Assembly: GCA_032128875.1 (NCBI GenBank)
Contig: JAVLKG010000004.1
Span: 416,001-480,000, forward strand
DNA length: 64,000 nucleotides
Source: Candidatus Melainabacteria bacterium 17Bon1m
GTDB taxonomy: Bacteria > Cyanobacteriota > Vampirovibrionia > Obscuribacterales > Obscuribacteraceae
Direction of reading: 5' to 3'
The position numbers and the translations under genes were made by a program. The notes under the pieces are model-generated. The model did not search any database, was not told the DNA's origin, and saw only the letters and a program-made list of their open reading frames with translations. Within the stretch, counting starts at the first letter, position 1. Each line of letters opens with the position of its first letter. Below are positions 28,401-37,068 of the stretch, one piece after another.

Positions 28401-29592
28401 TTTCGAAGGTGTATTTCGCACCGTTTGTTGTGGTGGCACTGTTCGTCTTTTCATCGACGATCACACCGGCTTCCTTCAAGCCTTCATAACCAGTCGACGC
28501 ACCGATAGCAATAACTGCTTTATCTCTTTTCGATGGTGAATTTGCACCATCGAAAGATGGGTCGTTCAGACCTTTTTCACCAACTGTTCCTTTCAAGACG
28601 TATTGCACGGCGTCTTTCAGTGCTTTTGAATTTTTCAGATCTGTGGCAACGTGCCTATCTTGCGAACCGACAAGATCCAAAGCCTTCTTGACTCTTGTGG
28701 CTGCATCACCAGCGGTGCTCAAACCTGAAACGTCAATTCCTCTTGCTTTCAATTCGTCTGGCGTCAGAACTTTTAGCTGTTTCTTTCCATCAGCCATTTC
28801 GCGCATTGAAATTGCGCCGTTGCCGGTGAGTTCTGTTGTTTCATGGACAACTCCATCTGCTCTATCCTTGAATGTTTTGTGAATAGTGACGGCGCCATTT
28901 TCTTTTGCGACTTGTTCAGATTGCAGTTTATCTTTGTTCTGTCCAGGATCGAAATTACGAGAAAAACTTTCGGTAATTGGTGTTCGCAGATATTTTTCTG
29001 TGGATAAGCCATTTGGACCTTTGCCGGTTTCGAAAGTACGCTCGAAGCTGCGCAAATCTTTGCCTGCAGAGTATTTCTCACCAATTAAATGATCTTTGCG
29101 TCCTTGATACTCTTTGGCGACATCTTCTCTGCCATCTGTGCGGCTGCGTACTAGCTTTGCCAGTCCATCTTTGCGCTCGGAGGATTTGTAGGTACACTCT
29201 GCTCCGTTTGGTCCAGCAGTTTGGCACTGCAATCCTTTGTCGTCTGGCATCGGCAACATGCCGATGCCGGCAAACCTGGCCTCGCGCTCGACACCAGGCA
29301 TTTTTTTAGATCCGAGCCACATGTTATCCATCATGGCGCGATACGAGTTGAAGTCGCCACCCATGTAGCCGGCTTCTCTCACTGCGTCCGGACTGCCAGG
29401 CGCAAAACTGGCGGCAATCACGGACTGATTGAAATTTACCCGCGAACCGTCGCTGCCCGTTCCTTTATATACGTCGAACTGCAACTTCTCAGCAGCAACG
29501 GCAGCTACTTCAACTGCTGGTTGCTGTTCGACCGGACGCGGAGATTCCACTGCGCGGGCGGGCGCAGCCTCTGTTTGACCTCTTTCGCTCAA
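25471..29592 (-). CDS. Multidomain protein: unknown N-terminus, LysM-like module, glucosaminidase/lysozyme-like domain, right-handed beta-helix, C39-like cysteine peptidase
   Basis: QKGWGPYQAL..FKVGD; SISAEKID..YGIDPALTLGFFKSESGFG..GNIK..YAP; parallel beta-helix repeats (IxNNxVHxN); SCSAFSMAM..HYIYVAG..DP. Confidence 0.8.
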   Translation of the reverse strand: MSERGQTEAAPARAVESPRPVEQQPAVEVAAVAAEKLQFDVYKGTGSDGSRVNFNQSVIAASFAPGSPDAVREAGYMGGDFNSYRAMMDNMWLGSKKMPGVEREARFAGIGMLPMPDDKGLQCQTAGPNGAECTYKSSERKDGLAKLVRSRTDGREDVAKEYQGRKDHLIGEKYSAGKDLRSFERTFETGKGPNGLSTEKYLRTPITESFSRNFDPGQNKDKLQSEQVAKENGAVTIHKTFKDRADGVVHETTELTGNGAISMREMADGKKQLKVLTPDELKARGIDVSGLSTAGDAATRVKKALDLVGSQDRHVATDLKNSKALKDAVQYVLKGTVGEKGLNDPSFDGANSPSKRDKAVIAIGASTGYEGLKEAGVIVDEKTNSATTTNGAKYTFEKQRDGKLRAVSVESEKSNRKFEFQYTEDGAFKGSIETTKVTDQPGSAEKPGSMKYQNMELPSLQKGWGPYQALQEMQRQGKIQMSQQEMQQEAVRIRNREFARLGRNHFKVGDTFQMYSPEEIAQKQGPRETAPGVRRDVESGVQRTSARGTRRSAEQDGIPSATSEYDEGGRAKRGDSTPHKRGRGKPGPDGTVAQRYINQESIDPEMRAVRAPQAGRDGSLMLRGSPSISAEKIDQILRDAKSPAAKERIRDQETGRELTFGQHLYKLGVEYGIDPALTLGFFKSESGFGKHGAAHRNNSVGNIKGDGGYRQYGSFTEGARDWFKLMQDGTHFLKAGRDTVAKVIPKYAPGKDGNDEGKYIRDVDRDVRGWSRASAHAPARESERTPERTPERTPDKTPERIAQITERERERKVSERYPLQRQNDAGRPIVEVRQGESIQAAIDKAQEGSIIKVHPGVYKERLQIKKDSISLRGDGQAIIDLDGQRTSGSAIDISNRRNVQIDGFEIRNVRGGDTPTGIKVEGTSRDISITNNNIHHIENSKNAHGIVVRGTSAEPMRNIIIAGNQVHHNKLGSSETIAINGNVDGFRVINNKVHDNDNIGIDVIGYEGVGRAGIDRARNGIIAGNTVFNIDTKSNPAYKGDRSGAGIYVDGGSDVIIEGNHIKNSNYGIELASEHRGKLTSRIQVRGNVVEGSHLAGISLGGGSPTNGGVNDSIIENNDFRNNSRPLWRQHNVGSDIVYRNNDGVIGQPGQPVKQPLELPQIRKTEKPAENDLVPERSVRNAPTGRVVRDISDRSRFYAHQDDGHSCSAFSMAMMVSDHLKGRPPQYGQEMRGFKALAGTLSHGYRGSLDTMAGQLRQAGLEAKAYQYNRFGQKGMEDLNAELDQGHSAVARVINPHTGNRHYIYVAGRNADGNYILGDPDRGNPSHAQPVSPQRLMKMMSGRDGFVAGWAPSDSAAANIPGTAAYRRWKGIR

Positions 29593-29765
29593 TGTTCACC
29601 TTGCGCTTGGGGTGGAAGCGCTCTGGAAATAACTAGTAATGCAAGATCTATAAGTTAGCGGACGCCCGTGACCGCTCCGTTACATTAAACGGACCGGAAT
29701 TCCGATTGCGAAGGAAACTTAGAGAATCTGTCGAGCGAACGGTCGATTGAATTTAAGTGCAAACG

Positions 29766-30164
29766 CTAAAAATAGATGCCTATAACCAGGCTAATCATTG
29801 TGTAGACGCTCAACGCGATTAATACAACGGTAATAATGAAAGCAGACGTCCAAAAGACGTGCTCTCCAGCGTCGTGAATGCGTTTCATGCGGCGGTGATA
29901 GTCGATAGCACCGCCAGTCAATCCGAGAATTCCGAGTGCCATCATCGCAATTCCGACCTCGCGCGGATAATGCAGAGTGGCTTGGAAATGTCCTGAGCGA
30001 ATCATGTCGTGCATGAATTTGCTCAGGGTAAAACCAAATCCAATCAAGGTTAAACCCGTTCGAATCCAAGCCAAAAGCGTGCGTTCGAGCGCAAGTGTTG
30101 TCCGCATTTTTGCGAGTTCGAGACCTTGATCAGGTTTCGCAACTACTGGAGCCTCATCGCTCAT
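29766..30164 (-). CDS. DUF202/YidH-family membrane protein
   Basis: RTTLALERTLLAWIRTGLTLIGFGF signature. Confidence 0.88.
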   Translation of the reverse strand: MSDEAPVVAKPDQGLELAKMRTTLALERTLLAWIRTGLTLIGFGFTLSKFMHDMIRSGHFQATLHYPREVGIAMMALGILGLTGGAIDYHRRMKRIHDAGEHVFWTSAFIITVVLIALSVYTMISLVIGIYF

Positions 30165-30634
30165 TAATTACTCTCTGGACCTTTCTTGGCTTCATCAATT
30201 ACGAGCGTTTCCGAGATGCTCTTTTTGAGAACCTGAAATGTGTCCCACAGCTCGTCGTGAAGTTTTTCTGCTGTTCTGGTGGCATTGATGAGCTTGAGCT
30301 TTGTGCCTTCAAGGTGTCGGCTATCCGGTGTGCCCCTCGATTTTGAATAGGCTTTGTCGACTTCCTCTAACTGGCGCAAAGCTTTAGTCAAATCACGCAC
30401 AATCATTTTGCTTTTTTCGGATGATTGAATGATGAAGAAGCCTGTCGAATTCGGCTGTCCCTTCAAATTCATAAGCATCGTTTGTTCGCGGTCAAACTTT
30501 CCCTGTGCGTCAGCTCTTGCTCCGTCTGTTGTGGAGATTGGTGCGATAACCAATAGGGCGGCGGCCAAAAAAGCACCCGACTTAATAAGGGTGGTTGTGC
30601 CTTTGCTCCAAAAGGATTTAGTGGAACTCCTCAT
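30164..30634 (-). CDS. Secreted hypothetical protein
   Basis: Signal-peptide-like N-terminus (ARA-DA); its stop overlaps the DUF202 start by 1 nt. Confidence 0.75.
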   Translation of the reverse strand: MRSSTKSFWSKGTTTLIKSGAFLAAALLVIAPISTTDGARADAQGKFDREQTMLMNLKGQPNSTGFFIIQSSEKSKMIVRDLTKALRQLEEVDKAYSKSRGTPDSRHLEGTKLKLINATRTAEKLHDELWDTFQVLKKSISETLVIDEAKKGPESN

Positions 30635-30773
30635 TGTTTGCTCCCGCTTTCATATTCTGTGACTTTGGGAGTTTACCAAATTGAAGACCGCTGAAATTTG
30701 GATGCCAAGCTTTTGAGACAGAAATCGGCTTGCCAAGCGCTTTGGTGAAAGTCGACTGGACGATCTTCGTTTG

Positions 30774-30801
30774 GAAAAAAGGTCGTTAACGGTCTTTTTT
30801 C
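30774..30801. repeat. Dispersed 28-bp palindrome, copy 2
   Basis: GAAAAAAGGTCGTTAACGGTCTTTTTTC between divergent genes; identical to 50082..50109. Confidence 0.9.
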
Positions 30802-30850
30802 TAAGTCGATCTACCACTGGAGTTCGAGAAAAAGGCAGATGTAAAGCGGG

Positions 30851-32392
30851 GTGAGGGCTTTTGCCAGCTTGTGCCATGGCAATGTCTTCTTTGGTATAAA
30901 GGCGACGAATGGGCGGCGAGGGGTTTGTGTGTTTCGCGTGCGCTTGCAGCTGATGTTTGTCGCTGGACTTCTTCTACTCGTTTCGAAGAGCGAAATTCAG
31001 GCTGCCGAAGTTCGACGCTTTGATGATGTATCTGGTGCAAAGGCGCCACAAAAGTTGGTGGTTGCGCAGTCAAGTAGACCGACGCAGCAAATTTCAAAGA
31101 GCCCAGCCAGCAAGGTGCTGAACCATGCAGCGAACAGTGCGTCGAGCCATGCGCCGAACAATGCGTCGAACCATGCGCCGAACCATGCGCCGAACAGTGC
31201 GTCGAACCATGCGCCGCACAATGCACCCGGAGTCAACGTAGAAAAGGACTTCGAACTGGTCGAGCCTTCCGGCAAGCAACTTCAAGCGTTGCCTTTCGAT
31301 GAGGCGCATTCCGGCATCCAAAATCTGCTGAGTTATGGCAATGAGTTATTTACAGACGGATATTTGAAGGAAGCAGCCGAGCAATTCAAAGAGGTAATCG
31401 AGCGTGACCCTAACAACGTCACGGCAAAAAACAATTTGGCACTGTGTGAGAAACGTCTTGGTGAAATCGACCATTCCATTTCACTTTTGCAGGAAGCAAT
31501 TGCGACCGAACCACTCAAAGCTGAGCTACACAACAATCTGGGCTCAGCCTATCTTTCAAAGGGGGAGAGCGACCTGGCGCTCAAGTCATTTTTCCAGGCT
31601 TTGAACCTTCGTCCAAACTATCCGGAGGTTCATTACAACCTTGGGCATTTGTATTCTATTCGACGAGCTTATGATCAGGCAGTAGTCGAATATCAATCCG
31701 CGCTGAAGGAAAAGCCTGAAGATGCCAACTATCACCGCGATCTGGGCGATACGCTCAATTTGATAAAACGCTCAGAAGAAGCACTAATTGAGTATCGTGA
31801 AGCGAAGCGATTGGGAGACAATTCGCTTGGATTGAAGCTGCGTGTAGTTGCTGTATTTCGCGATTTGCAGCAATTGGGTGAGGCTGAAAAGCTCTGCAAT
31901 GACCTTATGAAAGACCACCCAAAGAATGCTGAAGTCCTTAATCAGCTGGGTCTGACATATCTAAGGCAGGGCAAGATCGAAACAGCGGAGCAGACTTTCA
32001 ATAAAGCCATCAGTATTGAGCCAAATTTTGCTCAGGCCATAAACCATCTTGGTATTGCGCTTTACCGGGAAAAACACATCTCAGAAGCCATCGCGGTTTT
32101 TCAGCAAGCGCTCCGTATCAAGCCTGATTATGCTGAGGCCTATTACAATCTCGGCACGGCATTGTACAGAAAGGGCGAAGTTTCAAACGCCGAAAAAGCT
32201 CTACTGGAAGCCATTCGCTACAACCCCCAAGATGCATACGCTTATAACAATTTAGGGCTAATTTTGTTAAGGCGCGGCAGTGTAGATGAAGCGATTGAAA
32301 ACTGGCGTAAGGCAATAACAATTGATCCAGTCCTGGCCGCAGCTTTCATAAACATTGGACGCGCTCTGCACGCCAGCAGGAGTGTTGAGTAA
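30851..32392 (+). CDS. Tetratricopeptide repeat protein (start probably somewhat downstream)
   Basis: About 10 canonical TPRs (e.g. AEAYYNLGTALYRKG..AIRYNP); signal-like segment ending IQA-AE. Confidence 0.9.
   Translation: MRAFASLCHGNVFFGIKATNGRRGVCVFRVRLQLMFVAGLLLLVSKSEIQAAEVRRFDDVSGAKAPQKLVVAQSSRPTQQISKSPASKVLNHAANSASSHAPNNASNHAPNHAPNSASNHAPHNAPGVNVEKDFELVEPSGKQLQALPFDEAHSGIQNLLSYGNELFTDGYLKEAAEQFKEVIERDPNNVTAKNNLALCEKRLGEIDHSISLLQEAIATEPLKAELHNNLGSAYLSKGESDLALKSFFQALNLRPNYPEVHYNLGHLYSIRRAYDQAVVEYQSALKEKPEDANYHRDLGDTLNLIKRSEEALIEYREAKRLGDNSLGLKLRVVAVFRDLQQLGEAEKLCNDLMKDHPKNAEVLNQLGLTYLRQGKIETAEQTFNKAISIEPNFAQAINHLGIALYREKHISEAIAVFQQALRIKPDYAEAYYNLGTALYRKGEVSNAEKALLEAIRYNPQDAYAYNNLGLILLRRGSVDEAIENWRKAITIDPVLAAAFINIGRALHASRSVE
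31121..31228 (+). repeat. In-frame 12-bp tandem repeat, 9 units (NHAP/NSAS)
   Basis: AACCATGCGCCG and AACAGTGCGTCG variants in tandem. Confidence 0.9.
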
Positions 32393-32522
32393 AGCTGAAA
32401 AGTGCCATTGGGTTTGACATTCCGGCTGTGACGTTCAATTCTGTGAGATTGTCAATGCTGGAAATTCGTTTGTCGGGTATCATTTTCCGCGTCCAGTCCT
32501 GCCGCTAGCCATAATTTTCGAA

Positions 32523-32933
32523 ATGGAACCAAGTTCAACATTCAGCTTTCAGCAAACAGTCGACTCAGTAATGCAAGCACTTGGCGTTATTGTTTGTCAC
32601 GTCGTGTTCGATGCCGGTCTGCATGGACTGTTCATGGCATTGATCGTGGGCGGCATTGGCTACGCCTGTCATTTGAAGGGCGCCAAGCAAGGTAAGCCAC
32701 TCATGAACGTTTGCAAAAAGCTCTCAATCTTTTGCCTGGCAATCATGATTCCAGGTTTCATCTCCCTTCTAACGATTCATAAGCTCCCTCCAGTCGGCGT
32801 CTACAACGTTCACTCGATTGGTTTCATTTGCTTCTGGAGTCTCATCTGTTTGCACATCTCGGCTGAAGAGATGAATCACCAGTTTTTCCCTGGTGGTGGC
32901 GACCGAAATGAGCCAGATTTGCAGGGCAACTAA
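32523..32933 (+). CDS. Hypothetical membrane protein
   Basis: 136 aa with 3-4 hydrophobic segments and several His residues. Confidence 0.7.
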   Translation: MEPSSTFSFQQTVDSVMQALGVIVCHVVFDAGLHGLFMALIVGGIGYACHLKGAKQGKPLMNVCKKLSIFCLAIMIPGFISLLTIHKLPPVGVYNVHSIGFICFWSLICLHISAEEMNHQFFPGGGDRNEPDLQGN

Positions 32934-33025
32934 GCTTCACGAAAGAGCGTCCTTGCAGGCGTGCCTCCTAATCCGGGCCTTATACTGGTAGATCTGAGCG
33001 GAAGCTTTCGAGGGAGGAAACGCAC

Positions 33026-33706
33026 ATGAGAAACCTTGCTGTATCGATGGTTCTCGCTGCTCTGGTTTGTGTGCAAGTTCCAAGCCAGGCTCAGGTCGGC
33101 TTTCAACGCGGGTATGCTCCCACCCAGCAAACAAATCCGTACGGCAATCCATACGCTTCTCCGTATGGAGTGACTCCGTACAATCCTTATAATCCTTATG
33201 GAAATCCATATGGATACAACCCGTACCGCGGCGCTGGACTTGTGCCGAATACAGGCTTCGGAGTTGTTAATCCATATGCAGGGCTTCCCGCGATGGGAAT
33301 GCCGGTGCCGATTAATGGCGGTTATTTCGGTATCAACATCGGCAATGCACGCTTAAATGTTTGGAAGGCACCTTCTGGATACTACTATCCTTGGTTGCCG
33401 AGACCGGTTGGTTTTGGGTATCAGGCGCCGATTGTCATAGTCAATCAAGGCAGCACTACGCCTGCGGCGCCGGCGCTTACCACCATATTTGATGACATGA
33501 ATAAATTCCTTGACGAAGCAAAAACCAAAGGTAAAGTGTCAGAGGCTGACTACAATCATTTGAAGTTGCGCGCTTCTGATTTGCAGAAGAAAGAGCGTTC
33601 GCTCGCAACTGCAAATGGTGGTTCGTTGCAGAAGGACGATGAAGAACAGCTTCGTAAAGACGTCGACAAACTTGGCGAAGAAGTCGCATATCGCGTGAAG
33701 TCGTAG
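33026..33706 (+). CDS. Secreted hypothetical protein with an NPY/G low-complexity region
   Basis: GGAGG RBS, signal peptide (SQA-QV), NPYGNPY repeats, helical C-terminus. Confidence 0.8.
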   Translation: MRNLAVSMVLAALVCVQVPSQAQVGFQRGYAPTQQTNPYGNPYASPYGVTPYNPYNPYGNPYGYNPYRGAGLVPNTGFGVVNPYAGLPAMGMPVPINGGYFGINIGNARLNVWKAPSGYYYPWLPRPVGFGYQAPIVIVNQGSTTPAAPALTTIFDDMNKFLDEAKTKGKVSEADYNHLKLRASDLQKKERSLATANGGSLQKDDEEQLRKDVDKLGEEVAYRVKS

Positions 33707-33712
33707 CACTCG

Positions 33713-33769
33713 CGTAAAAGAGCCGCGCATGCGGCTCCCTGCAAGGGAAGTGCATGCGCTTCCACTACG
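33713..33769. repeat. REP-like inverted doublet (CGTA-flanked family), copy 2
   Basis: CGTAAAAGAGCCGCGCATGCGGCTCCCT-GCA-AGGGAAGTGCATGCGCTTCCACTACG, between convergent genes. Confidence 0.7.
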
Positions 33770-33785
33770 ATGCTTAGTGACACTA

Positions 33786-36700
33786 CTACGGCTTTGACGA
33801 CCAATGCGGATAGAATAAGGTCAATCGGCGAATCGCTTCAGCGTTGCGAGCTGATTCAGCCGCTTTATTCATACCGGTTTCCAGAGCCATGTGATACCAC
33901 CTTGCCGCTTCCATTTGGTCGCCCAGATAAGCTTCGCGCGAGCCCAAGAAATAGGATAAGTCACACAGTTCGCGCACATTGATTCGTTTGTCGAGCATGG
34001 TTTTTGAGTCGACAGCTCCGATCAAACATTTGCCTATTTGGAACAGCGCATCGCTGTCGTTTTTCGCATAATGCTGGATGAGCAGTCGATTGGCGTCTTT
34101 ATTAATGCCTTTCTGCATCGGCATTGCTGCCGCACGCGTTAGCCAAACATATTCGGATCCGATGCCTTCAGGATTTTCAGGTATTAGCTTCCACAGCAAA
34201 TCATAAGCACTGTTTTGAAACGCGAACATGGCGAGCGGAGTAAAGAACTGTGGTGGCACATTTTCTTGAATCCACTTCAAGGCAATTTGCGGATTTTCTG
34301 TTGCTTCTAAATAGGTGTATGCCAAAGTCGACAAGTTTAAATAGTTTAGTTCATGCCCGCTGAATGAACTAGTAAGAACTGCATTTAGGATATTGAAACT
34401 GGTATCGTTCCTGCCGTTGAGAGAAAATGATTGAGCCAATTCCCCAATGTTGGTCGACTCAGAAAAACCTTCTTTCGCCAATGCCCGAACGGCACTTTTA
34501 CTTTCTTCCGGAAAGCCGGCCAGCGTTCGTTTGAAAGCAGGATAGATTTCGCGGCGCCAGATTTCGGCTTTGAGAAACCACGGATATCCTTTGAGCACTA
34601 GAGCCGCTTCGTTATATGCGTGCTTCTTCCAGAAAATCTGAGTCTTTAAAGCAAGTGCCGCCGGCGACAGTCGGTTGGCTACATAATACGCATCGGTGTA
34701 CGCTTCTGCTTTTGGCTCGCGCCCTTTCTGTGTAAGCGCGTTTACATATGTTTCCGCCACCTGAACCTCGACCTTGTTGTCGACATGTCCATCGAGCAAT
34801 TTGAGCGTCTCGTCCGGATTGCCATTGCTGTAATACAGCGCGGCGAGAAGTTGATTGGCGAGCTTCACTTGTTTTGGAAAGTCGCTTGATTTATCAATCC
34901 ACCTCTTGGTGTTTTCGATCGCGACTGCGGTGGTTCCAGCCAAAATAGATGTTTTAACGTACTGGCGTAAGACTTCTATATTGCCAGGAGTGTGTTCCAC
35001 CAGTTCTTCAATTCGATCAACGTACAGATGCTTTGCACCGCGATCGCTGTCTCCGGTGAAATCGCAAAGTGCTGCCATAGCTTTGGCACGTCGCGATGGA
35101 ACGCCAATTTTGTTGTCGGCAATTCTTCTTAAGTGCATTTGGTCGACGTTTTGCTGCGCTGCTGCCACAGATAAAACCCCATCAGCATCGGCGTCCAGCG
35201 CAAGCTTGTTTAAATTCAGCGCAAGTACAGGATGCAGCAATTCGTTGTGCGCAACTGTGGCGATGCGAAATCGATTCTCAGGGCGGCTATCAATATTCTC
35301 AAATATCGTTTTGCCGGCCGAAATAAGTTTTGGCTCTCCGTTTGCAAACCAACGCGATGTTTCGTCAAAGGCGAGGAACCTAGGATAATCGCCCAGATCC
35401 TTTGGACTGACTGCATTGCCTAAGAGCTTTGCGACATGATAATTGCCTGTGCGTGCATCCAAAATACTGTGAGCCAGCGCGCAAACCGAATCACCTATAT
35501 CGGATGAGCCAGGCGTTCCAAATTTCTCATCAAAGATTTTTTCCGCTGCCTTTTCCGTGTAAAAACCATTGTCAGGTTGCAGATAATCTAGAACGTGCGA
35601 GTATGCAAACGCGCGGAAGAAACTGGTCACAATAGCTGAAGAAATGAGGTTATCTTTTGGTTTGGAATCAAAATCCTTCAGATATTTGTCGAGCAGTGCA
35701 AAGAATTTGTCATGTGAATCAATATTTTTGCCTGTAATTGATTTCAGTTCGCAAAAGAATACGTTCTCGAATAGCCAAGTTTCCGGCGTCAATTGTTGTG
35801 CTTCTGCAAGCGGCTGCAAACATCCATACACAGAGAGACTTAAGGGCGAGTTCTTATCGAATCTGTTCTTGCAATATTCTCTAAGCCGCAAAAGATTCTC
35901 CGCGTTCGCTAATTTCTTCACGTAGAGAAATTTCGACTCGTTTGAGTTCAATCCTTGTTCAACTGCAGCACCTACTGTTTGCGCTTGCCACATGATATAC
36001 ATCCGCAGCGGGTCTTCCTCGGGGAGATCCGCTGCTAAATCTTTCGCGTCAACGCGATATCCCATAGCCTCTGCAAGACGCACTTGATTGCGCTTGGCAT
36101 TTTGTGTTTCATATCGGGCGGAAAGACTCGCAAATGCGAGTGCTTGCGCGAAAAGATCGTCCGCTGTTCCTGCTCTATCATATGTTTGAAAGGCAAGTGC
36201 TGTCAGTGCAGTTGCCGCTTGATCGATAAGTTGCGGCGAGCCGCCATCTTTTTTCCATTGAGCATTTACAAGTTCGACCGCCTTGAAGCAAGAGCGCGGG
36301 CTGTATTCCAGAAGCAGCTGATCTATCGGGTCTTGCAGTTTCGAATTGTCGTCGAACGAGTTTGCTTGAGGCAGCTTCGATGCCTCCGATGACTTCTGCT
36401 TCACTGCGGCATTAGACTCATCGCTCGTCTTTTCCGCGACTTTGTCCTTGACTTTGTCTGCAGGTTGATTTGGACGGTTCTCTAAGAGGTTATCCGTAAC
36501 TTTATCTCCGCCCGCAAGTTCCAGCCGCGGAGGCTCATCTTTGGTCCAATTCGGATTTTTCTCTTCTCTGACTAAATCTAACTCGGTTTCGAACCCGCCA
36601 AAAACTTTAGAGTGATTGAGAACGTTTTTGCCATTCGATTCAAATCGATGTTGGCCTTGATCTCCTTCCAAAGACCGCGCGTATTTCGAAAGCGAAGAGC

Positions 36701-37049
36701 AGATGTCTACAAATGAAGGAAAGTCCTTGATGGTAGTGATGTCTTTTTTGTCGGACTTGATACGCCAGAGTCCGTTTTCAAAAACGGCTTCGACTTTCTG
36801 CAGTGGTTTGCCTGTTACGATTTGCGTGACATTGGAAAGTGCCATTAGATAGCGCCTGTCCGGCTTGATTTGATAACTTTTTTCGACGATCTTGAAAGCA
36901 AGGTTGGCTGTCAGTTCGTCGTCTTCTTTGAAGGGTGAGCTGAAGCGAACCTGCTTGCTACCGCCACAGGAAGTCAGAAGCAAAAGCGCAGATAGTGCGA
37001 GTGTGAGAATCCGTTTCGCCTGAATATCATTCTGGCCTCGTGCGATCAT
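33786..37049 (-). CDS. Large hypothetical lipoprotein, alpha-helical/TPR-like
   Basis: 1087-aa ORF with lipobox LLLTS-C. Confidence 0.8.
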   Translation of the reverse strand: MIARGQNDIQAKRILTLALSALLLLTSCGGSKQVRFSSPFKEDDELTANLAFKIVEKSYQIKPDRRYLMALSNVTQIVTGKPLQKVEAVFENGLWRIKSDKKDITTIKDFPSFVDICSSLSKYARSLEGDQGQHRFESNGKNVLNHSKVFGGFETELDLVREEKNPNWTKDEPPRLELAGGDKVTDNLLENRPNQPADKVKDKVAEKTSDESNAAVKQKSSEASKLPQANSFDDNSKLQDPIDQLLLEYSPRSCFKAVELVNAQWKKDGGSPQLIDQAATALTALAFQTYDRAGTADDLFAQALAFASLSARYETQNAKRNQVRLAEAMGYRVDAKDLAADLPEEDPLRMYIMWQAQTVGAAVEQGLNSNESKFLYVKKLANAENLLRLREYCKNRFDKNSPLSLSVYGCLQPLAEAQQLTPETWLFENVFFCELKSITGKNIDSHDKFFALLDKYLKDFDSKPKDNLISSAIVTSFFRAFAYSHVLDYLQPDNGFYTEKAAEKIFDEKFGTPGSSDIGDSVCALAHSILDARTGNYHVAKLLGNAVSPKDLGDYPRFLAFDETSRWFANGEPKLISAGKTIFENIDSRPENRFRIATVAHNELLHPVLALNLNKLALDADADGVLSVAAAQQNVDQMHLRRIADNKIGVPSRRAKAMAALCDFTGDSDRGAKHLYVDRIEELVEHTPGNIEVLRQYVKTSILAGTTAVAIENTKRWIDKSSDFPKQVKLANQLLAALYYSNGNPDETLKLLDGHVDNKVEVQVAETYVNALTQKGREPKAEAYTDAYYVANRLSPAALALKTQIFWKKHAYNEAALVLKGYPWFLKAEIWRREIYPAFKRTLAGFPEESKSAVRALAKEGFSESTNIGELAQSFSLNGRNDTSFNILNAVLTSSFSGHELNYLNLSTLAYTYLEATENPQIALKWIQENVPPQFFTPLAMFAFQNSAYDLLWKLIPENPEGIGSEYVWLTRAAAMPMQKGINKDANRLLIQHYAKNDSDALFQIGKCLIGAVDSKTMLDKRINVRELCDLSYFLGSREAYLGDQMEAARWYHMALETGMNKAAESARNAEAIRRLTLFYPHWSSKP

Positions 37050-37068
37050 GGGTTTGGCACCATCCGAA

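Noticed and set aside
30801-31321. Minus-strand repeat-rich ORFs (HGSAH/HCS, AWFDALFG, RRMV repeats)
   Set aside because: They are alternative-frame readings of the 12-bp tandem repeat inside the TPR gene.
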